A stretch of DNA of 64,000 nucleotides from Nitrosopumilus sp. (GTDB lineage: Archaea; Thermoproteota; Nitrososphaeria; Nitrososphaerales; Nitrosopumilaceae), in NCBI GenBank assembly GCA_965249555.1, contig OZ252243.1, positions 672,001 through 736,000 of the forward strand, written 5' to 3'. The position numbers and the translations under genes are program-made. The stretch's first letter is position 1. Every line of letters starts with the position of its first letter. Positions 56,579 to 64,000 of this stretch are shown here, piece by piece. A model generated the notes under the pieces. The model was given only the letters and a program-made list of their open reading frames with translations, was not told where the DNA came from and ran no database searches.

Positions 56579-57241
56579 TCATATATCTGACCGTAACCTA
56601 TTTCCATTCTTGTCAAAATCCATTTTACAATACAACACACCATTCCCATCATATCTCTTCTGCCATTTCCTATTCCCATTCTCATGGTACTCTATTTCAT
56701 AATCTAATTTCCCATTATCATGATATCCTTTTTCCCATTTCCCATTCCCATGGTACTTTATTTCATAATTTAATTTCCCATTCTCATAATATCCTTTTTC
56801 CCATTTCCCATTCCCATTCTCTTGAAGCTCTGCTTCTAATTGCAATTGTCCATTCTCATAATATCCTTTACCCCATTTCCCATTCCCATTCTCATGGTAC
56901 TCTATTTCATAATCTAATTTCCCATTATCATAATATCCTTTTTTCCATTTCTTATTCCCATTCTCTTGAAGCTCTGCTTCTAATTGCAATTGTCCATTTT
57001 CATAATAGCCTTTACCCCATTTCCTATTCCCATTCTCATAGTACTCTATTTCATAATATAATTTCCCATTCTCATAATATCCTTTTTCCCATTTCCTATT
57101 CCCATTCTCATGGTACTCTATTTCATAATCTAATTTCCCATTATCATAATATCTTTTTTCCCATTTCCTATTCCCATTCTCTTGAAGCTCTGCTTCTAAT
57201 TTCAATTGTCCATTCTTATAATAGAGTTTTTTTCGTTTCAT
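56579..57241 (-). CDS. MORN2-repeat (YwqK-like) protein; 5' region degraded and cut by an IS66 end
   Basis: 24-aa (72-bp) repeats YYENG(K/Q)L..E.EY.ENGN.KWEKG. A further repeat upstream carries an in-frame TAG. Confidence 0.8.
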   Translation of the reverse strand: MKRKKLYYKNGQLKLEAELQENGNRKWEKRYYDNGKLDYEIEYHENGNRKWEKGYYENGKLYYEIEYYENGNRKWGKGYYENGQLQLEAELQENGNKKWKKGYYDNGKLDYEIEYHENGNGKWGKGYYENGQLQLEAELQENGNGKWEKGYYENGKLNYEIKYHGNGKWEKGYHDNGKLDYEIEYHENGNRKWQKRYDGNGVLYCKMDFDKNGNRLRSDI

Positions 57242-57344
57242 ATTTCCATCCTCTTGATACTGTATTTCACCTTTTAATTTCCCATTTTCATGCTATTCTT
57301 TGTATGGTAGTTTTCCCATTATGTTTGATCCTATTAGTTTTTGA

Positions 57345-57405
57345 GTATGTATCAACCTTCACGCACAAATCAATATCATTACACAAAAAGATCCAAGATC
57401 AACTA
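57345..57405 (+). mobile_element. IS66 left end (IR plus leader) fused to an IS110 left end
   Basis: GTATGTATCAACCTTCACGCAC...AAGATCAACTA matches 61967 onward. Confidence 0.85.
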
Positions 57406-58413
57406 ACTATATGTGAATACAAAAAGAAGGAATTCAGATAGCATAAAAAATGAACCCAGATCCAGGAGTCGTAATCCATCGTATTCCAAGAAAAGTCCAA
57501 AGAAACAGATTAGGGCAAAAAAAGACAAGGGCATGTATGTTGACATTGACTTGCACAAGGAATTTCTTCTAGCAACAATGGATAATGACAGAAAGATATT
57601 ACAAAACATAAAAGTTGAGAACACTCATAAATCAATCAAGAAACATTTTACAGACATACCAATATTGTCATGGAATCATCATCAGTCTGGTATGGCACGT
57701 ATAGATTTCTTACAGATGAATTAGGATACAAAAATGTTACACTCTCAAACCCGTATCTTACAAAGGCAATAGCTGCATCAAAAAAAACAGGCAAGATTGA
57801 TGCTATGATACTAGCCAGATCTTTTGCGCGGGGGATACATTGCAACATGCCATATTCCAAACAAAAAGATAGTAAAACATCGCCAGCTGGTAAGATACAG
57901 AAAAAAACTCGTTCAGTTTAGAATCTCTCTCAAAAATTCTGTTCATGGAATTTTGTTACAAGAGGGAATCAAGATACCCGGAGTCACGTTCACTGTAACA
58001 TACAACAGAAAACTCATGTTACTAGATGACTATCGCATAGATGGATTTGTACGACAGATAGACTATCCTAATCTGCAAATTGCAGAGATTAATTCAAGAG
58101 TGTATGCTGCTGTAAAGACCAGTCCTGATGCCATGATAATAAAATCAATGCCAGGAATTGGTGACTACTCGTCACTAGTTATCGCATCAGAAATTGCAAA
58201 TATTAACAGATTCAACAACTCTCACAAGTTATGCGCATATGCCGGAGTCGTGCTATCAGTTAGAAATTCTGCAGACACAATACACCATGGCAGTATAACC
58301 AAAAGGGGAAGCATGACACTACGATGGGTTCTTATCCAATGTGTTCATTCTCATGCAATACATGCCAAGAACAGTGACATTACAAAATTTTACAATCGCA
58401 TTAAAAAGAAGAG
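57404..58413 (+). pseudogene. Degenerate IS110 copy: multiple frameshifts, 3' end and non-coding end lost
   Basis: Three ORF fragments (57413, 57670, 57824) are collinear with 37356..38471; left end TA-ACTATATGTGAAT. Confidence 0.9.
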
Positions 58414-59738
58414 TACTAGAATTGACTGTACTAAAATGCATAATATTTATCTGTATAGGGATATTTGTAGTTGCCGTCTTCGTGAATTCTTTGAATGATG
58501 AAATTAACAATAATGTAACATTAGTTGTAGAAATTGGTGTCGGAATTATCATTGCAATTATTATTTATAATATTTCTCAAAAAAATGAATTAAAGATTAA
58601 AGAAATGATCGAGGATACATTCAGTATTATTAAAAAAAGAGATGATTTTAGAAAAAAACAAGAAACATATATGAAAAAAATACTTTTAGGCGGATTTATC
58701 AAGATAAAAAATTGTATAGATCAAATATTACATAATGCTAAATCATATGAAAAAGAAAAAGATGCATCTCAGAAGAAACGGTATACAAATGCCATAAAAG
58801 ATAATTGTAAACAAATTAAAGATATTGCTGAAAAAACCCTAGATAATCCAACTCTCATATCAAAAGATTGGTTGGAAGTAAGTAAGATAGATACACTCAA
58901 AACTCTATCATCCTTGTGTAAAAATAGTCCTTCTTTTGAGCATAATAATGTGAATGTTAATTTTTGTGAAAATATAGAAAAGATGATTGATCCTTGGATT
59001 GAAGATTATCGTCAAATATTAGAAAATAAGAGTAGGTCTGAAAAAGAGGTAATATCAATTTCTGAATCAGTGAGTGTACACCTGAAAGAGGATGAAAGCA
59101 GATTAAAAAGCACACCAATAGAATCGGAACCAAAATCTGTTGTGGATAAATTTCCCATTTCTGTTTCGTCGGATCGTACAGTGTATCCACTAGATAGTGT
59201 AATTCATGTACGGGTAAATCTTGGCAACATAATTAAGAAAGAAATCATAACTTATGAAATATTTAATTCAGACAGAGAGTTACTTTTATCACAAACACTC
59301 AATCCGTCTACTTGCAAAGAGTCAGAGTTGTCAAACGCCAATATTTTTCAAGCTGATTTTAAAATGAAAGGAGACAAATGGATAGTAGGAAATGAATATA
59401 TCGTCAGAGCCACTCACGCTGCTTCATATGCCGAAGATTCATTCACGATTGATCAAAGAATGCCTGTTATTCAATCAGATAAATCCGTATACACGATTGG
59501 TTCTGACATGATACTGACTGTGATTGATCCTGATGCAGATAAAGACAATCAAATAGCTGAATATGTTGGCAATAGAAATGATTCCAAATTAATCATTGAA
59601 TCCAAATATGATAAAATTGATGGCTATAAATTAAAAGAGACAGGTGATTCCACAGCAATATTTCAAGGAGTTGTTAGAATTTTGAGAATAAAAAAAGATG
59701 GAACAGTGATTACAAGAAATGTAGATGGAAAGATAATT

Positions 59739-60881
59739 GAGACATGGGCATAATCTATTCTAATTTTTAACCGATTTCTCAAATTATTCAAATAGAAAAA
59801 GCCAAGGATCTCAATCATGTTTTGTTCATTGGAATGATTACAAAACAAATAAAAATCCCTGACAAGATTCTATGTGAGTCATTTCTTATTAGTATTTTGT
59901 ATCTGGTTGGAACACTATATCTGTATGAGAATGCAGTGAGACGAGGACGGCCATATGTCTATTCAACTGTTCTGATGGTTCAGTTATTCATCATAAAGTC
60001 ATGGATGAGAATTCCAAGTAACAACACACTGCATTATTTTCTCTCAATCAAATGTACCAATGACAAATTACTCAAGGTTTGCAGACTAAACCAAATCCCT
60101 GACAGAAGGACAATTGACAGAAGATTTCAATGCTTGCCAATCAATGAAATTATTAACACTGTAGGAAATTTGTTTGTCTCAGAAGGATTGGTGAATAGTG
60201 AATCAGCATCAGTTGATAGTTCAATGCTAAAAGCTTCAGGTCCAGTATGGCACAAATCAGACATCAAAAAGAATCACCTACCAATTGCAGGAATTGACAC
60301 AAATGCCAGGTGGGGATTCTCCAAATCAAAGGGTTGGGTGTATGGATACAAACTACACATGAGTTGCAGTACGGGAAGACTAGTTGTTCCATTATCTGCA
60401 TGTGTAACTACTGCAAATGTCCATGATAGCAAGCCATATGAGAAATTGATTGGGTCACTTTCTGGATTGATGAATAACATACTGTGTGATCCGGCATATG
60501 ATGATTCCAAACTATACGAGTCAACTAAGAATAATGCCATGAGATTAATCTGTCCGGTCAAAAAATACCCGTCTACGCCGCCAGCCAGAATAAAGTTGAT
60601 AGGGTTTTACAATTCAGCAGTTGGTCGGAAATTATATTCTCAGAGAAAAATATCAATTGAACCACTCTTTGAAATAATCAAGGATACGTTTAACATTAGA
60701 ACAGTTCCGGTGAAAGGATTTGAGAACGTACAATCATTCGTGCTGATTTGTGTGCTGGTGTATCAGTTGGCAGTGTATTATAATTGTGTAATTGGAAGTG
60801 GGAATCCAAGGATTGTGAAAAGAATGCTTTGTTGTTAGAGAAGAGTCTTGGTTTTTTTGTAAATCATTATGCCCAAGTCTC
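59739..60881 (+). mobile_element. Complete DDE insertion sequence (DDE_Tnp_1-type, IS982/IS5-like), 1143 bp
   Basis: IRs GAGACATGGGCATAAT / ATTATGCCCAAGTCTC; 8-bp TSD AGATAATT at 59731-38 and 60882-89. Confidence 0.9.
59822..60838 (+). CDS. DDE transposase
   Basis: SVDSS, GWVYGYKLH, TANVHD, CDPAYD, YSQRKISIEPLF. Confidence 0.9.
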   Translation: MFIGMITKQIKIPDKILCESFLISILYLVGTLYLYENAVRRGRPYVYSTVLMVQLFIIKSWMRIPSNNTLHYFLSIKCTNDKLLKVCRLNQIPDRRTIDRRFQCLPINEIINTVGNLFVSEGLVNSESASVDSSMLKASGPVWHKSDIKKNHLPIAGIDTNARWGFSKSKGWVYGYKLHMSCSTGRLVVPLSACVTTANVHDSKPYEKLIGSLSGLMNNILCDPAYDDSKLYESTKNNAMRLICPVKKYPSTPPARIKLIGFYNSAVGRKLYSQRKISIEPLFEIIKDTFNIRTVPVKGFENVQSFVLICVLVYQLAVYYNCVIGSGNPRIVKRMLCC

Positions 60882-61780
60882 AGATAATTGATAAAATTCA
60901 GGGAAGTGAAATTAATGATGGATTTATTGGTGGGATGCCTGGAGATGAGTTGACAGCCATATACAAGAACAATACAGGTACAGCACGTCTTACATTCTTT
61001 ATTGCAAATTTTGGCGCAACTATAGAACTTGACCAAAAAATATACAGGCCTACAGATAAAGTATACATTACAATTGTCGCACCTGATTTTAATTTTAATT
61101 CTAATATGATTGACAAAATAGGAATAAATCCTGAAAGCATCATAAATATTTGTACTCGTAAAGACAAGATGGAGAGATATCAACTGGTTGAAACAGGTGT
61201 AGATACTGGAATTTTTACAGGTGAAATTCAATTGGGTAGGAACGTAGGCGAACAGATATCAAAAACAAACGGCATTGGACCTACTGATGGAGAATTAATG
61301 TGTGAAGATGATGATTTCATAGAGGTTTCATTTAATTTGTTTGGAGATGAGGAGGTTTTAGGAAGAGCTAAGATAAAATCTGTTGTGAATAAACCATGAC
61401 TTTGTAAAACCGCATCAAGGATTGAATAGAAAACACCTGCAGAAGCAACAAACATTGATCTTGATTTGGGTACTGACAAATATTTGGATTTGGTCAAGCC
61501 GGAACTAAAGTCGATTTTGTAAACAATTTGGGAAAGAGAATCAAGAAAATTACAATAGTCAATGAGGAGGATGCCATCAAAGTTACACCTACAGGTTGGA
61601 TTGATAAGAAAATATGGCAAGAGATAAATGATATTTTGGGACTTTGCAAGTTTTGTTGGTTGTCAAATGGCAAGGACAGTTGCAGGATTAGGATGAACTC
61701 TTAGATCAATTCTTGATTTTTTACTATGTGTTTGATCAGCGTAGTATATGCTACTTGTATTGATTTGCCTATTCCACCTT

Positions 61781-61936
61781 GAAGATAGCATTGAGGTTAA
61801 AGCCTCGTATGGATACATGTCCGTCATCTTTTGATTGAAAGCATTCCCTAGCGAAAGCTATGCCTTGAGATGCAAAAAAGTGGAAAATGTATAAAAACAA
61901 TTCACATGGATACATCTAAAGTGCTTGGATACATAC
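61781..61936 (+). mobile_element. IS110 right-end remnant (donor loop, 3' hairpin, end at 61912) joined to an IS66 right end (61911-61936)
   Basis: Matches 38546-38677; then TA-CATCTAAAGTGCTTGGATACATAC. Confidence 0.85.
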
Positions 61937-61966
61937 TAATGATCATGTTTATAAATTCATGAAAAA

Positions 61967-63408
61967 GTATGTATCAACCTTTACGCATGAATCAACACTA
62001 TTACACAAAAAGATCTAAGATCAACTAAATCATCATACAAAACATGTCAGGTTGTGGTCATGAGAAAATCATCATACAGCTACAAGAAGAGATAAAACAA
62101 CTACAAGCAGAGATAAAACAACTAAAACTAATCACAGGGAATCTCATAGAATCAAACAAGGAACTGCAAAAAAAGCTGTCATATTATGAGAATGCGCACT
62201 CTCCGCCATCAAAGAATTCCCTTGAATGGAGAAAGCAAAAAAGACAACACAGACAGCCAGGCAAATCAAGACGTGGTGGAATAGCAGGACACGTTGGCAA
62301 GACACAGAAATTCAGACCAACTAGCACCAAACACCACAGATCAGATGCATGTCCCAAATGCGGTAGTGAAAATATTCATCAAACCAAAACCTGCAAAAGG
62401 ATAATGGTTGAGATTCCTCCACCAACACCCTACGGTATAACTGAGCATGTTTTGAATCAATACATCTGCATGGACTGTTCTGATAATTTTCAAACCACGG
62501 GAAACCTTCCACTACATGGATGTTTTGATGGTTCAGTGATACGTGAGGTCGTCTCACTGTTCTCAAAGAGATTGCCATATGATACCATCAGAACCACACT
62601 CTATGAAAGATATGGATTAGAAATCAGCAATACAACCGTACAATCCATTCTTCGCAACGGTAGTGTGATGTTAGAGTCATTTTACAATACAATCCACAGC
62701 GAAATCGTGACTGAAAAGATTCTCGGAATCGATGAGACAGGATTTTCAATTGATGGAAATACTGGATGGATGTGGGTTGCAAGAAGCAAGACTAGTGCAC
62801 AGTATGCCTTGGAGTACAGCAGAGGTGCCAATGTTCTAAAAAAGTACTGGAAGAAATTCAAAGGAACCCTAGTGTCTGACGGATATGCTCCGTACAGGAC
62901 AGTATTTTGTGATAACACAAAGCAGAGATGCACTGCACACCTGCAGCGCGATGCCAAATATCTGGCAATAAAATCAAAAGACAAAAAGGCCAGGATTCTA
63001 TACGAGAAACTCTCAGATATGCTAGGTCATGCCAGGGTTTGGAGTGTAGGTAATCGTCATACAAAACGGCGGGAAACGTACAGGAATGATTTACTAAAAC
63101 AGCTGGACCGTATCATTGCACGATATTTGAAAGGTGATATGGAGATGGTTCAGTTTGGCAAGAAGCTAAAGACTGCAAGGAACAGCATGTTTACGTTTGT
63201 CATGGATGGCGATGTCCCGTCAACTAACAATGATGCAGAGAATTCCATTCGAAAGTGCGTGATGCAGAGGAATGTTCGCGGGCAGATGAAGAGTGATCAG
63301 GGCATGAGGATGATCTCAGTCTTTCTCACATGCTTTGAGACATGGAGAATAAGGGAATTGAACATGTTTTCTGAAATGGCAAAATACATCTAAGTGCTTA
63401 ATACATAC
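61967..63408 (+). mobile_element. Complete single-ORF IS66-family element (ISBst12-like group), 1442 bp
   Basis: IRs GTATGTATCAACC / GCTTAATACATAC; 8-bp TSD ATGAAAAA at 61959-66 and 63409-16. Confidence 0.92.
62044..63393 (+). CDS. IS66-family transposase
   Basis: Coiled coil, SPPS, CPKC...CMDC zinc finger, IDETG, WMWV, VSDGYAPY, QRCTAHLQR, TNNDAENSIR. Confidence 0.95.
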   Translation: MSGCGHEKIIIQLQEEIKQLQAEIKQLKLITGNLIESNKELQKKLSYYENAHSPPSKNSLEWRKQKRQHRQPGKSRRGGIAGHVGKTQKFRPTSTKHHRSDACPKCGSENIHQTKTCKRIMVEIPPPTPYGITEHVLNQYICMDCSDNFQTTGNLPLHGCFDGSVIREVVSLFSKRLPYDTIRTTLYERYGLEISNTTVQSILRNGSVMLESFYNTIHSEIVTEKILGIDETGFSIDGNTGWMWVARSKTSAQYALEYSRGANVLKKYWKKFKGTLVSDGYAPYRTVFCDNTKQRCTAHLQRDAKYLAIKSKDKKARILYEKLSDMLGHARVWSVGNRHTKRRETYRNDLLKQLDRIIARYLKGDMEMVQFGKKLKTARNSMFTFVMDGDVPSTNNDAENSIRKCVMQRNVRGQMKSDQGMRMISVFLTCFETWRIRELNMFSEMAKYI

Positions 63409-63426
63409 ATGAAAAATGTGTTAAAT

Positions 63427-63615
63427 ATGGAAGATATTATAAAAACAGGTGAAAAAGCCCCTAAAAGTGGAAATTATGAATATGCAGGACATCCTGAGAA
63501 AAAGACAAGCTGTAGTCCAACTAATGAAGAGAAAATCATTCCACTTGAAAAAGGAGAAATAGCACCACCAATAAAATCATGTGAAGAACCAGCTTTATGG
63601 AAATTTAGAAATTAA
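63427..63615 (+). CDS. YjzC-like small protein
   Basis: KTGEKAPKSGNY...IIPLEKGEIAPP...W. Start set at ATG 63427. Confidence 0.65.
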   Translation: MEDIIKTGEKAPKSGNYEYAGHPEKKTSCSPTNEEKIIPLEKGEIAPPIKSCEEPALWKFRN

Positions 63616-63692
63616 AAATAATTAATTTCCACAATATACTTTTTTTCTATAATTCATATCTAGGTTAAGTAAATTTGTTATGTGGTTTCCAC

Positions 63693-63710
63693 ATTCACAT
63701 GGATACATAC
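63693..63710 (+). mobile_element. Minimal scar: IS110 right end plus IS66 terminus
   Basis: ATTCACATGGA-TA-CATAC, identical to 38665-38682. Confidence 0.6.
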
Positions 63711-64000
63711 TTATTTTAAATGATACTATTAATTTGGGACGATCTAATTATAATTCTTAACAATGTCATTTCAGGACTTAAGATTTTATGTGATTCGAAC
63801 ACGAGTAAGCTATCGGCAACTAGAAGATCAGGCATACAAGAAACAACTCAAAAACATATGAGCTTGCAGTTTCATACTGTCTGAAGTTCAACTGTTCAGT
63901 GCATCATCTATGAAAAATCTGCAACGCCGTACTGCCAATTATTTTCTAACTTATGTAATGGTAGAAGAATTACATGTTTTTATCAAAATCTTCTTTACCA

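Larger units (their letters stand above)
58420..61399 (+). pseudogene. Membrane-anchored protein with S-layer-like C-terminal domains, split by an IS at 59739-60881
   Basis: Removing the IS and one TSD gives in-frame ...VDGKII-DKIQGSEINDG... Motifs LKETGDSTAIFQG and LVETGVDTGIFTGEI. Start is approximate. Confidence 0.8.

Noticed and set aside
57396-57405. Guide-matched target at the third IS110 left junction
   Set aside because: GATCAAC-TA does not match guide GGTTGATA, and this copy has lost its RNA region. It counts only as IS66-adjacent, not as support for guide pairing.
56566-57441. His/Ser-rich 291-aa plus-strand ORF
   Set aside because: Antisense of the MORN-repeat gene, and it runs across IS ends.

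Overview
AT-rich archaeal accessory region, most likely Nitrosopumilaceae (Thaumarchaeota). This call rests on a thaumarchaeal Cys-rich small protein, S-layer-type ETGxxTGIFxG motifs, Nitrosopumilus-style signal peptides and TTG starts. About half of the window is one 34.3-kb minus-strand ORF (11,427 aa). It encodes a secreted Ig/FN3-repeat surface protein with seven variable N-terminal domains, a 26-kb array of 53 near-identical 492-bp modules and a G12 tract at its start. The rest is a toxin-antitoxin/defence and surface-protein island: DUF4258/YgiT, HipA-like kinase/DUF3037, HicBA, MazEF, MmeI and HNH remnants, multi-domain solute-binding proteins and a matrixin-like protease, interspersed with IS elements. 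The strongest signal is an IS110 (IS1111-type) recombinase whose downstream non-coding end reads as a two-loop bridge RNA. Its target-loop guides (GGTTGATA and GGTATGT) spell the terminal inverted repeat of the co-resident IS66 element, and its donor loop matches its own end. Both loops also carry 3-nt extensions that match the post-recombination junctions. All seven IS110 junctions in the window abut IS66 end sequence. All family assignments are from motif recognition by eye; no database searches were run.
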